In this document: positions 37,562 to 49,400 of the stretch, one piece after another | How positions within the stretch are numbered: position 1 is the first letter of the stretch | Layout: every line of letters starts with the position of its first letter | Assembly: GCA_001724265.1 (NCBI GenBank) | Contig: MEDY01000374.1 | Location: 1 to 58,259, forward strand | Source of the DNA: Rhizaria sp. SCN 62-66 | Lineage: Eukaryota | Length of the DNA: 58,259 bases | Direction of reading: 5' to 3' | The notes under the pieces: model-generated | What the model saw: the letters and a program-made list of their open reading frames with translations, nothing else | Databases searched by the model: none | Told to the model about the DNA's origin: nothing | Program-made: the position numbers and the translations under genes

Positions 37562-38684
37562 AACTGACGCAGTGCCCCCGCTGCCCGCTGCGACACCGCC
37601 GTACTTATTGCCTCTGCCGCTGCCGCTGCCGTTGCCGTTGGCTTTGCCTTCGCAGCAACAGCAGCAGCAACCTAACAGTATGTGGCTGTCTGGCGGCTTA
37701 GCTTCCGACCGCAGCGCTGGCGGCCTGACTTCGGACCGCAGCGTTGGCGGCTTGAGTTCCGGCGACGAGTGGTCTCCCCATCCGTCCAACCGCCCCAACA
37801 ACACCGCCGGCGCGAGGAGCAGCGGTGTGTTTGCTGACGTGTCGCTGGCTTCGGATAAGGGTGCCGCTCCAGGCGGTGCCGCTCCAGGCGGTGCCGCCCC
37901 AGGCGGCCAGTCTAAGGGTGTTTCGTGGGGCCGGACGATGGTGCGCACTTTTGGCAACACGCCCCGCAAGCCCGGGGAGCCGGAGACAGAGACGGAAACC
38001 GAGGCCGACACAGAGAACGACAGCGCGCGCAACCTCAACAACAATGCTACCAATGCGAGCATGGGTGCCTACGTGAGGAACGGGTACGACGATGACGATG
38101 ACGACGAGACCGACTACAACTTCAGCGCGCAGCAGCCCGAGCTGGCCAACGGTGACAGCACCGATAGCCGCAGCCTGCTAAGCGGCGGCCGGCGCGGCGC
38201 GGGCGAGGACGACAGCGAGCAGAGTGACGACTGCGGCGTCACCGTGCGCGTCACCGGCGGCACCTCCGACCGCCCGCTGTCGAGCTCGAGCGCGGCCCTC
38301 CGGCAGCGCCAGCTGCAGCAGGGCCAGGGCGTCGGGCCCGGCGGGCTGGCTGGCGTGCCCGAGGAGGAGCACGACCGGTACGGCCACGGCCATAGCGGTT
38401 TGAACCCGAACGGCGGGCGTGACTTCGACTTGGGCGGTGCGGGGCTGTTTGTGGTCAAAGACGACGACGGCGACGGCGACGGCGAGGACGGCGACGGCAA
38501 CGACTTTGCGGACCAGTTCGACCTGGTTGCCGCCGGGCCTGCCGGCGCGGGTGCCGAGGGCCAGGGCCAGGGCCAGCAGGGGCAGCAAGGCCGGCCGGGC
38601 AGCGGCGCGGGGCTGAGGCCCGGGAGCGCGGGGCTGCAGCGGCCCGGCAGCGCCTCGGTCAACGGTCAGCGCATGCGCATGTGA
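26964..38684 (+). CDS. Giant RNI-type leucine-rich-repeat protein with coiled coil and disordered tail, 3906 aa
   Basis: An 11.7-kb stop-free ORF. Dispersed LRR units include FTHLVLDGNAL, LVSLSIRGTGL, LTDLDLSYNQL, LRRLSLAHTELGEQG, LEELYLDNNAF, LAVLSLRDCKL, LDCLDLSGNPLRDRGA, LHLDGCGIGDVGG and LSLRHNALG. Stop is TGA. Confidence 0.85.
37524..37559 (+). repeat. (GCT)12 coding microsatellite (poly-Ala)
   Basis: Pure GCT run seen directly; one of many trinucleotide runs in exons. Confidence 0.85.
37860..37904 (+). repeat. 15-bp tandem repeat x3 (GGTGCCGCYCCAGGC, encoding GAAPG)
   Basis: Seen directly; one mismatch in the third copy. Confidence 0.9.
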
Positions 38685-39295
38685 AAACAACATCAATGAC
38701 AACTTACTTAGGCTAGTGCATTACTGCGGTCCCTGTATGACTATGTTACAAGTCGCAGTGAATGAAAATGTATCTTGTACAGTCACTCAGTGACGGCTGC
38801 TAAGGCGGCGGCCCCAAACCCCTAGGCGTCCGAAGGGGAATTTTGATGCATGATTATTTTAAGATTCTGATCGACTTAAACGTTTAATTTGATATATTTT
38901 ATACAAAGCTTCTTATTTTCTTATATAATTCAAATTTACTATGCGCATGTGAGTCTATCTTTGTCCTATTTGACACTCTATCAATGTCCCTTCGCACAGC
39001 TCTCTGCACCTCCCCATGCTCGACCAATTTGTACGCGATTCTCACCAGGAAGACTATCACATTTTTGGTGTTAACCCGGCTTTAGGTGGATAACATATTT
39101 GGGAAAGCCGTACCACATTGGTGCTAATTCTTATCCTTTTGATTCTATTGCGCAGCTGAGGTTCTTCCCAGCTCTCGCATCGCTGACTCACAGCTTCATT
39201 AGTTGTCGTCGTTTTGACCGCCGCCTGAGGCTCCTTCTCTCGCGTCACTTCTTCCCCGTTGCCGCCACAGCGCGCGTGTTTGAGTTGCGTCCGTG

Positions 39296-42200
39296 ATGTC
39301 CGCCATGGCGCGCGGTTTCGACATCCGCGCCTTCACGGCCCCCGGCGACGGCGCCTCGGACGACGATGACGCCAACGACTACGGTGACAACAATGGCACC
39401 AGGACTGGCAACGACTCTTCAGACATCCGCCTTGGCACGATGACGACGGCGGCGGGCGTTGGCGCGCACACCGTTGGTTACAACGGCCCTGCTCACAGCG
39501 ACGACGACGACGACGATCACGGCGACGGCGACGGCGACGGCGACGGCAGCAGCGATTTGGACCTCGACTTCGACCAGTACAACCCCGACAGCGTTATCAG
39601 CGGCGCTAGTGCCGGTAAGGCGGGCATTCTGAACAACCGCAGCGCGCATAGCGCCGGTGGCAGCGGCGGCAACACTAGAGCGCGCCACAAGCAGCAGCTG
39701 CAGCAGGGACACAACCACTGCGCCTGCCTCCCCTGCTGCGGCGGTGGCAACAGCACCAGTTCTAGCACAAGCGGTCAGCCGCAGTCAGCGTGCGTCCACG
39801 GCTTATATTTTGTTCTGCATCTGCTCAAGACGGCGGTACTCTCGCTGCCGGTGCTCGCGGTCACCGCGCTCGTGCTGTATGACTGGCGCCTCTTCACCTT
39901 CTCCTACAGCCAGTGGTCGCCGCTAGCCCCGCTCGCGCTGGCGCCCACGATCACGTCCCCGCTGCTGACGCTGCTGTACTGGGTGTACTTCCTGGTCTAC
40001 CAGTGCGTGATCGCGCTTATCCTCGTCAGCTACTTCCGCACATGGCTAACGTCCAACTCGCTCTCCGCCAACCCGCCCCCCGCGGGCTACTTCCGCGAGC
40101 TGGCGCTGCGCCTGACGACTGTGCGCGACAGCGTGCGCCAGTACCGCCAGCGCGCGCTCGCAGTGTGGTTCGCGCAGAGGCAGGCCGCGCGCGCCGTCGC
40201 CACGGCCGCGCGCGCGCAGCGCAAGGCGCTACAGCAGCAGCAGCCGCAAGGGCAAGAACAGCAACAAGAGATGAACGCGAGCTCTAGTTCTAGCTCTAGT
40301 TCTAGCTCTAGTGTGAGTGCAAGTGCGGCTAGGGGCGGTGTGAACGCGGCCAACGTGAGCATGGCCAGCGCGCTGTCGATGCTCGGCGCCCCCGCACTGC
40401 GCAACAACAACAACACCAACAACAACAGTAACCACACTGCGACGACTGCGAATGCGGGGAATAACGACGTTGACGCTGACAGTGATAGCGATAGCGAGGC
40501 CGACATGCCCTTTGTGGCTCCGATTCCCCCTTTACCGGTGATTCTGCGGCCGTTTGCACCGCACGTGCACGCCTCGGACTTCGCCGAGATCAAACACTGC
40601 CGCCGCTGCCCCGTGCCGGCCCCCGCGCTGCTGCCTCAGCTTACGCTCGCGGGCGACGCCACGGGCGCCAGCAGCAACGCGGCCGGCGACTGTGAGCATC
40701 AGTCGAGCCAGGGTGACCGTGAGCAGGGCCTGCAGCCGCTGAAGCCGCCGCAGACGCACCACTGCTCCGTGTGCGGCGACTGCATCCTGCGGCTCGACCA
40801 CCACTGCCCCTGGGTCGCCAACTGCGTCGGCCACAGGAACTACAAGTTCTTCGTGCTGTTCGTCATGTACGCCGCGCTCGGCTGCTGCCTGCACACACCG
40901 GCCAGCTTCTCCACGGTCAAAACCATCTTCGACCAGCCGCCGCCGCTGAAGAAGGCCGGCGCGGGCGCAAGCAGCAACGGCGCGGCTGTCGTCGGGGCTG
41001 CGAACTACGTGCCCGGTGTGTCCAAGACCATCGGCGACGTGTCCCGGCCCGCCAAGTCCTTCCGTCCCCAGTCCCTCGGCAGTGTGTTTGCCCCGCTGTC
41101 CACTTCTGAGTTCCACTCCTTGGCCTCAGCGGCTGCGCCTGTCCCGGCCACTGTGGTCGCGGGCGGCTTCAGCGCCGACGACTTCGCGTCCGCATTCGCT
41201 CACGACCGCGCCCGCCTGCTGCACCTCAAAACCACCGTGAAGCAGCCCGCGCACACCCACGCGCTCACGGGGCCCGCAGCGCACGGCAAACCCCTCTCGC
41301 AGCCCCACACGCAGGTGTACCTCTCGTCGCTGCAGTTGGCCGACGCGGCCTCGGGCGCGGGCCCGCAGCTGCCGCGGCCGGCGCGGCTGCCGCTGCCCGC
41401 AATGCCCGCCACGCGCGCCAACTACATCCGCTCCCGGTTCGCCCACTTCGAGCGCCATTGGTGGACCGCGCCCATGAACCCCGTGCTGGCGGCGCGGTAC
41501 AAGGACCCCGCGGCTTACCTTCTGTCGCTGCCGCCGGTGACCGCCAACGCGGTGGCACCGGGCGGGAATGTGGCCGGTCACGGGCAGTTTGCGTCCGTCA
41601 CGGGCCCCGTCTCGGCGGTGACCGTGAGCACGCTCACGAGCGCGGCGGCCGTGGCGGCGGCCGAGACGGGCTCACCGGCGGCCGTCGCGGCCAGCGGGGT
41701 CGGCACCGAGGCGACCGGCGTTTGGCCAGCCGTGCTCTCGCAGAGGGCCCGGGGCGCCGCAGCGGGGCACTTACACGCCGTGCCGGCCACATACACTCCC
41801 CCCGCTGCCACTGCGACTGCCGCTGTGCCTGCGCAGGGACAGGGTACTTACACTGGTGTAAGTGCCGGCACCGGTGCTCCTGCCCCTGCTGGCTACAGTG
41901 CGAGCGAGATTGCTGCTGCCGCAGCTGCCGGCATTGACATCTCCATTCCTCATAGCTACGCTAGCACTCCATCAACCGCGAGTACCACGAGTACGAGTAC
42001 TTACACTGGAACTTACACTGGTACTAACACTGGGGGCGCTGTGCTGACTGGCAATGCGGGCGACCTCCTGCTCTACACGCCCCACGTCAACAGCAACGGC
42101 GACGGCGCGAACGCTGGTGGCCTGACTTCCCCCCTCGGCGGCTTAACTTCCGGCGACGACGCGGCTGACGAGGAACGCGCTCCCGAGTTCGCGGCTCTGC

Positions 42201-42733
42201 TGTGCGGAGTGATCACGACCGCGTTCGCGGTGATGCTGATGTGCTTCAGCGCGTTTCACTGGTCGCTGATCTTGTCGGGTGAGACCACGCTCGAGTCTGT
42301 CACCGGCACCGGCAAGAACGGGAAGAAGAAGAAGAGTTCTAACGCCGACAGCAACGAGCTGTCGGACGTCGAGGCCAACCAGGGCATGCTTGCCGCCAAC
42401 GACAGCGACAACAACGACGACGACGACGACGGCTACAACGACAGCGGCGACACTGCGGGCCAGAGCAAGGGCTCGCGGGCTCAGCAGCCGCCGGCGCCGC
42501 CGGTGCCGCAGTGGCGGCGCAACGTGTGCGCGGTCTTCGGGCCTAATCCTTGGCTGTGGTGGCTGCCGGTGGCGACCGTGAGCGCGGCAGAGCTCTACCC
42601 CATGGTGCACCCGGTGCTACTCACGCCGCTGCCCTCCGTCGGGGCAGTTAGGCAGGCGCTCGCCGCCGCAGAGGCGGAGGCCGCGGCGCGCAGCGGCAAC
42701 AGCAATGGCGGTAACGCAGCGAGCCAGCTGTAA
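39296..42733 (+). CDS. DHHC-type protein S-palmitoyltransferase (ZDHHC2/15/20-like) with large insertions, about 1145 aa
   Basis: [40 protein letters not shown], TTxE motif (ETTLES), PaCCT-like [19 protein letters not shown] and four TM segments. First ATG at 39296. Stop is TAA. Confidence 0.92.
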   Translation: MSAMARGFDIRAFTAPGDGASDDDDANDYGDNNGTRTGNDSSDIRLGTMTTAAGVGAHTVGYNGPAHSDDDDDDHGDGDGDGDGSSDLDLDFDQYNPDSVISGASAGKAGILNNRSAHSAGGSGGNTRARHKQQLQQGHNHCACLPCCGGGNSTSSSTSGQPQSACVHGLYFVLHLLKTAVLSLPVLAVTALVLYDWRLFTFSYSQWSPLAPLALAPTITSPLLTLLYWVYFLVYQCVIALILVSYFRTWLTSNSLSANPPPAGYFRELALRLTTVRDSVRQYRQRALAVWFAQRQAARAVATAARAQRKALQQQQPQGQEQQQEMNASSSSSSSSSSSVSASAARGGVNAANVSMASALSMLGAPALRNNNNTNNNSNHTATTANAGNNDVDADSDSDSEADMPFVAPIPPLPVILRPFAPHVHASDFAEIKHCRRCPVPAPALLPQLTLAGDATGASSNAAGDCEHQSSQGDREQGLQPLKPPQTHHCSVCGDCILRLDHHCPWVANCVGHRNYKFFVLFVMYAALGCCLHTPASFSTVKTIFDQPPPLKKAGAGASSNGAAVVGAANYVPGVSKTIGDVSRPAKSFRPQSLGSVFAPLSTSEFHSLASAAAPVPATVVAGGFSADDFASAFAHDRARLLHLKTTVKQPAHTHALTGPAAHGKPLSQPHTQVYLSSLQLADAASGAGPQLPRPARLPLPAMPATRANYIRSRFAHFERHWWTAPMNPVLAARYKDPAAYLLSLPPVTANAVAPGGNVAGHGQFASVTGPVSAVTVSTLTSAAAVAAAETGSPAAVAASGVGTEATGVWPAVLSQRARGAAAGHLHAVPATYTPPAATATAAVPAQGQGTYTGVSAGTGAPAPAGYSASEIAAAAAAGIDISIPHSYASTPSTASTTSTSTYTGTYTGTNTGGAVLTGNAGDLLLYTPHVNSNGDGANAGGLTSPLGGLTSGDDAADEERAPEFAALLCGVITTAFAVMLMCFSAFHWSLILSGETTLESVTGTGKNGKKKKSSNADSNELSDVEANQGMLAANDSDNNDDDDDGYNDSGDTAGQSKGSRAQQPPAPPVPQWRRNVCAVFGPNPWLWWLPVATVSAAELYPMVHPVLLTPLPSVGAVRQALAAAEAEAAARSGNSNGGNAASQL

Positions 42734-43429
42734 CGTCAACAAGATCTTGTAGATTTAGACTGCGAGATGAGTTTGGATCGAGTTATATATATAAGCAGGG
42801 GAATTAATTCTTTATATTGAGTATGAATGTGTTACATAGATGTCAATCAAATTCGGTTATGAGTGCGTTTGATGCGATTTAGCGGCTGCAACTGGCGTTT
42901 GTGGTTCCCAGGGACCGAAAGCTGACTGCAGTGTCAGCAGAATACAAAAAGTCGCGACTTTGAAACTATCTTTCGTCAACCTAGATCAAAGCAACGACTT
43001 TCTATAGTGATTTGAGTTTGTGATATTATCTTTTTAATTATCTTTTTCGAATGTTCCGTCTTCACCTGATTCCAGCTTGCGCGCGCGTCGGTTCTCTCTC
43101 AACGGCTTGCACCTTCACTCCCGTCACTTTTTCCCTTTGCTGCGCTCTATCAGCTCGCACTTTTACGCAGTTTAGGCGACCAGCCGATTTCAATTGCACG
43201 GGATTCTTTATTGGTTGCACACACATTTGTTGCCAGTCTCCCCCTGGCCCACAAAACTCTATCTCCGCCTCTCAGGCCTCTCGCGACTGCTGCAGAGCAA
43301 TCTCTCCCCACAGCCGCAGCAGCTCAGTCGCAACAGCAGTATTGGCAGCGGCCAGGCTAAACTCTAGCGCGCCTAATGCCTTATTTGCGCCCGGGCGCCC
43401 GCGCGCGCCTGGCCCAGACATGGCGTGCC

Positions 43430-46400
43430 ATGACAACGTATATATTCCTGCTGTTTCTGTTGCTGCCGCACACGACCTTGTCAGTCAACCCGTCGCATCA
43501 CTTGCGTTACACCGGCAACGGCAACGGCAACGGTCGCGGCAGCGGAAACAGCGATGGAAACGGTAACGGCAACAGCGGGCACCAACATGGCGCGCGCAGC
43601 GCACAGCCACATCAGCAACCGCAACGTCAACCTGGTGCAAGTTCTACAAGCTATGCGAGTTCCGCAAGTTCTCACTCAGGGCCTCGGTCGAGCGACTTCA
43701 CGTTCATCAAGCTCGCAACGGGACACATTGCTGCGTACCTTACCCCGCCCGTGGCCGCTGCCGGTGCAAGTGCCGCGCCGGCCGATCTGAGTGCCCCCGT
43801 CGGCGTCGCCCCAGCGGAGCTATTGTGGGTCCGCGATCCCAAGACTCTGATCAACCCGCGGTCTGAATGCTTCCTGCTCTCTCCGTCAACGGCGACGACG
43901 ACGCCGACAACAGCTGCATCCGGTTCTGGCTCTGACGCTGGTTTGCGCCCCAGTTCTACGTCCAGGGCCGGTGGCAATGACGATGACGCGGCGGCAGGGT
44001 CGACCATGTCACAGTCTGAGCCACACACCGCGACCGGCACTGGCCCTCGTTCTACCTCTAGCTCTAGCCATCGCTCTTCTGGGCTTGATACACGCGAGAA
44101 TGAGGCCAACGCGAACGACAACTCTAAGGCCCCGCAAGAAACACTGACCACAAGAACAGCAGCGACTCCGTCCTCTGCGACTGCGACTCCGACTGCGACC
44201 GCTGCCGTCGCCGCGTACTCCCCGCCTGCCGCCGCCGCTGCGCCCCGCGCGGCCCCGCTGGTGTTGGTGCAATGCGCGTCTGGCGTCACGCTGACGGCCG
44301 CGGCGCCGCTGCACCTGCACCGCGCCTGCGCAGTCATGCAGAGCGCCATCGCCCCCACACCTGCCTCGGACCGTAGCGCGAATGCGCAGGCAAATGCGCA
44401 GGCGGCGAGTGCTGACCGCAGTAATAACAGGGCGTTTGCCGGCGACAGCGGGCTTGAAATGGCGGCTTACGTTCGCGACAACAGCGCTCTCCGTGGCAAC
44501 GGAGTCGGGAACAGTAACAACAATAATGACAACAAGCAACAACAGCAACAGCCGAAGCAGCCGAGCTTCAAGCAGCAGCAGCAGCAGAGGCGTGGCGCTG
44601 CTTTCACTGCTGACAGCGACGACGGCGATAACGGCGCTTACATCGGCGGCGCTGGTAGCAGCACGGGCGGCTTTCTTTTCTCTCTGGACGGCTTAACTTA
44701 CTCGCGCTCGGTGGAGACGTATCCTGTCGCGATCAATGCTTTGACCGGTGACCCTCTTGATAATGACATTACTCACGGCCACTTTAGCAAGGTTAACAAC
44801 AACAGCAACAACAACAATGATCGTAACAGCAACAGTGCTTTCAGCTCGAGCTCGAATTCTGGCGCGAGCTCCAATGGCGCTCGTGACACTGCCAGTGCCA
44901 GTGCCAGCGCAAGTGCGAGCTCTCATACGGGCGATGATGCGGGCGACAACGCGGCTGTAGTGCACCGCCTGTGGCTGCGGCGCACCGCGGTGACCGTGCG
45001 CGCGCGCGACCCCGCCGGCCGCGTGCATAACGTGCTTTGCCACGACACTGTGGAGCTGGAGCTCGCGCCGCAGGCGGCGGACGCTGAGCACCTGTCTGAG
45101 TCCCAATCTGGGGCGCAGTCTGAGTCGGGTGCTCACAGTCACGGGCATTTTGGCACTCGTTCGAGTGGCGACTCTAAGAGTCAGAGCGGCGATCCCAGTG
45201 AGCGTGTTGTTCTGCCACCGCTGTGTATGTTGGTCGAGCAAACTGATTTGCTTTCTGCGCAGACTCCAGACACCAGCGCGAACAGCGACATGAAGAGCCA
45301 AAGCCGCTCTACAAACAGTCATTCTGACGCTGACACGGGCGTTAGTCACATCTCGTACCCATTCTGCCCGCACACGCGCAGAGATTCGCGGCTTAACTTC
45401 GACCAGTGTCTTGCTGAAGTGACAGCATCGTCGACAGGAGCAGCAAAGACGGCGAGTGTCGGTGCTGCGAAATCTGCAGTTGCAACTGGGGAAAGTAGAG
45501 CCGGTGTAGTGACCTTGCCTCTGCTGCCTTCTGCGACTGGTGTTGATGCTGATGCTGTCGCAGTCACCGTTGCACATATGTTGCACGCTAAGTCAGGATC
45601 TAAGAGTCCCAACACAGTCGCGAGCACGAAGGTTGCAGATCCGACTGCAGGAGTCGGAAGCAAAGATGGAGCATCAGGCGATAGCGCTGCTAAGCAACAA
45701 CAGTCAGAGTCACATTCTCAGCGGTTGCACTCAAGGTCTTCACAGCCACAACCACAGTCTGCCCGGTATGTGTTGGTGTGTTCACAGAGCATTTCACTTA
45801 CTTCTGAGGACTTTTTCGGTCCCGCAGTCACTGCCAACTCTGCTAACATAAACGCGACTGCTGCCAATGCTGCCACTAAGAGTACTTATTCTGCCGACCA
45901 CGCTGCCGCTTCTGAGTCCTCGGACTCAACGTGCGCTGTACCCACCCACTCGAGCGGCCCTGCGTGTCACGTACTAACATCGTTCATGGACTGGCACTGC
46001 CACAGCTCCTTACATTCCGGCGGCATTTTCAACAGCACGATCGGCGATGCATCAAGTCGTCCCGGCGTTAGTGCGAGCTCTAGTTCGAACGTCGCCGGTG
46101 ACTTTTCGTTGCCCCGTTCCAACACCCGCGCCTACAGGTCTCTGCTGCGGCAACTGCGCGCCCCCGGCGGCGTTACGGTGATTGCTATCTCGGATACACT
46201 TGCGACCGCAGCAAACGCGGCTGCCGTAGGCGCTGCTTCTGCGTCCAGTTCTGTTGCCGGCAACGGTGCTGCAGCGACCGATGCCGATGCCGATGCAGAC
46301 AAGAACAGTGCGAGCGTTGTTGATGGTGCGACTCCTGCTGCCGACAGTGGAATTGTGCTTGTAGTCACAGCTGACAACGGCAATAGCAACGCCAACACTC

Positions 46401-49400
46401 AGATTCCTAAGATTACTCACAAGACCAGCGACAACGCCAACACAGCGACCTCTGACTCTGGCGCAAGCGACACCGAGAGTGAGGGTGATGTTGACAACAG
46501 CGGCAGTCGAAAAGCAGCTGTGGCAGCATTCTCACCACAGTCACTTGTTTCAGTGTCTCGCGGCACGTTTGCTGGCAAAGCGATGACGTTGTCGGCAACA
46601 TCTCTGAACGCTGTCAGTACGTACCATGCTGATCAGCATGAATCACACGAGGTTCAAAAAAGCTCGACTCCTTACATTGACGATCCTTACGGATTCCCTG
46701 ACTCCGACGACGACGGTGACAACGGCACTAGCGATGACAATCACCACGATTCTAGCCATGGTAGCGACACACGCAGTAACGATGTTGTTGTGGCGATGAC
46801 TGTTGGCTCTCGTGAAATGCCGTTTGTATATGGTGTTGCTGACACGCTCACCGTCGCAAAGCCTGATGTCACTGTTACTGCCACTATGCCAACAACCTCA
46901 ACGATTGTCCCTCGATTCGGCTCTGGCTCTGACGCCGCCGAGTCCATGTCTGACTCTGAGTCCGGCTCCGCTGTTGTGTACATTGGCAGTGATTCCTACG
47001 CGTTGCTTGCGCGGCTGCTTGAGCTCTCCGCCCGCAAGCTTGCCGCTGCAGCCTCAGAAGCTGCAACAACTGGCACTCGTCCTGGAAAGGGGACTTCGAC
47101 AGCGACAACAGCGGTGCTGCCGTCCTATTTCCCGTTGCACCCGCTTTCCGCTGGCAGCTCCATGAATTCAAGCAAAACTAGCGATAACGACCACGCTACG
47201 CGCCCTGGAGTTAACTCAAATACCAACAGTGATAGCACTGACTTTGACATTCAAAACCGGTTGCCGTTGCCTCCTCCGTCGTAGTCGTATTCGCAGTTAC
47301 AGGCGCTGCTGCCGCCGCCGCCGCTGCCTGCGCGCTCCCACGCGGCCACCCTGACATCTTACTTAGCCCCTTATAGCACGTTTGCTTTTGAACCGTCGAA
47401 CAATCTGTACAAGACATTTTTCGGTCCGACCGCTCCTAGTGATGGCGATATCAACAATAATGTTAAGTCTGACGAGAGCGACATTGTGGGTAATCTGCTC
47501 TTGCGACCGCTGGCCCTCGACGCTTGCGACTGCGCGCGTGTCAAGACCGACGCTACGGCATCATCATCGACCGTACGCTCTGCCGCGGCCTCCGTCTTTG
47601 GCAAGTCAGCGACGACGATGACGAAGGCGGCAGCGACCGCCGTTGATGCGGCGTCTGCGCTGGGCACTGGGAGGATTACTTCGGCCGTTGACTTTGACTC
47701 TGAGGCTATGCTTGCAGAAGTGCAGGCTTTGACTGACTCTGCTCTCGCAGACTCCGCTTTATTCGACGATGAGACATTCAACACTGTGATGTCTCGGCTG
47801 GCTGAGCTGACTGAGCAGCTCACTGCCGTTACCGATGCCACGACGAACAGCCATAGCCGCAGCCGCAGTCGCTCAAACAGGGGCAACGATGACAGCCAGT
47901 CGCTTACTGTGGTTGCTGCTGCTGGGGAGAACCTAGTCAAGTCTACAAAGTCGACACTCACTGACGGTGCAAGTACCTTTGGTGCTGGCGCTGGTAGCTC
48001 ACGTGATACTCCAAGTAGTCTTGGTTTCGAACTCGAGCTGGTGACGCACTACTTAGACGACGAACCTTTACAACACGATCACATGCACGATGGCAACACC
48101 GGCGCCGGTACTTCTGCGGCCCACGGTCGATCTGCGAACGCTAAGCCGTCTCCAGCAGCGGGCCACATGCCCCTTGAGGTCCTAGCGGCCGCATCTGCCT
48201 CCGCCGCTGGCTCTGCTATGACCGCCTCCAGTGATCGTGACCGCAGCGGCAGCGTTGTTGACGGCAGCGCAGTTAGCTGGGATGCACTTATCGCTCGCAA
48301 GCAACAGCTGCTGCAGCTGCTGCTGTCTGCGCGCGCCGATGCGTGCGCCTGTGTCTGCGCCTGCGGTCGCCGCTGCCGCGCAACTGCGGCTGCCGCTGCG
48401 AGCTCTGAGCGGTTTGCAGTGGCTCAGCGCGCGACCAGTGCCAGTGGCGGCGTTGGTCTTAGTGTAAGTGTGAGAGTCAACGGCGACAGCGATGCTCGTC
48501 TGACAAGGCCTCCCGTTGACGGAAATGGTGACGCTGTTGAAGATATGGGTGCCGTGACGAAGTATATTGATGTTGTCAGCTATAGCGATGATGACATCAC
48601 AAGGATCAATAGCGATGGCGACGATAACATGTATTACTCTGACTATAGTGAAAATGACAGTGACGGTGATGACTATGATTACGAGTCTTTGCCATACTGC
48701 GACTCCAACGTCATCATCACGGCGACGACAAAGCCAGCTAAAACGGCTACGAGCAGTCCTCTTTCTCACACCAACAAATACTTGAATAGCCAGAACCATT
48801 TGGAGCTGGAGACGTGTGCTGCCCCTGATTTAAGTCGCAAAAATTACTTAGATTCAGACGCAACTGATAGTTGCCCTATCGTGTTCCGCACTTTGCCGCC
48901 CGAGCCGAAGACCAAGTCAAGCTATCCGTCATACTTAGATGGCATCGATGCTTACACGGATATTGACTTAGATCTGGACTTGGACGGCGCAAACGAAGAC
49001 GACACCAAGGACGACGACTCTCGGAGCGCGTCTAAGGGTGTAAGCGTCAGTGACGAGATGTGCATTGCTCCGTTGCACCCCGACGCTGAATCCGACAGTG
49101 GTGATTCTGGAGCTAATAACAATGACGATACTCAAGACTACAGCATGCCTTCTAGTTCGCGCTCGCACTCGCACTCGCGCGCGCTCTCGCACGCGCACTC
49201 GCGCTCGCAGTCGCAGGCGGAGGCGGATGCGGAGGACGACGGCGTGATCGAGCTGGGCGACGACTGGGACGACGTTCCGCTCTCCGCGCTGCCCGTGGCA
49301 GTGTCCGTGGCCGCAGACGGCCAGGTGACTGTGGGCAGCCAGCACGCCGCTGGGTCCGCTTCCAACCCGGCATCAACGTCAGCAGGAGTCACTGGGAGGA

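Noticed and set aside
47270-47310. Pyrrolysine/selenocysteine decoding, or IRE1-type unconventional self-splicing around the TAG
   Set aside because: Selenocysteine uses UGA and pyrrolysine is not known in eukaryotes. I see no pair of CNG-CNG stem-loops flanking the codon.
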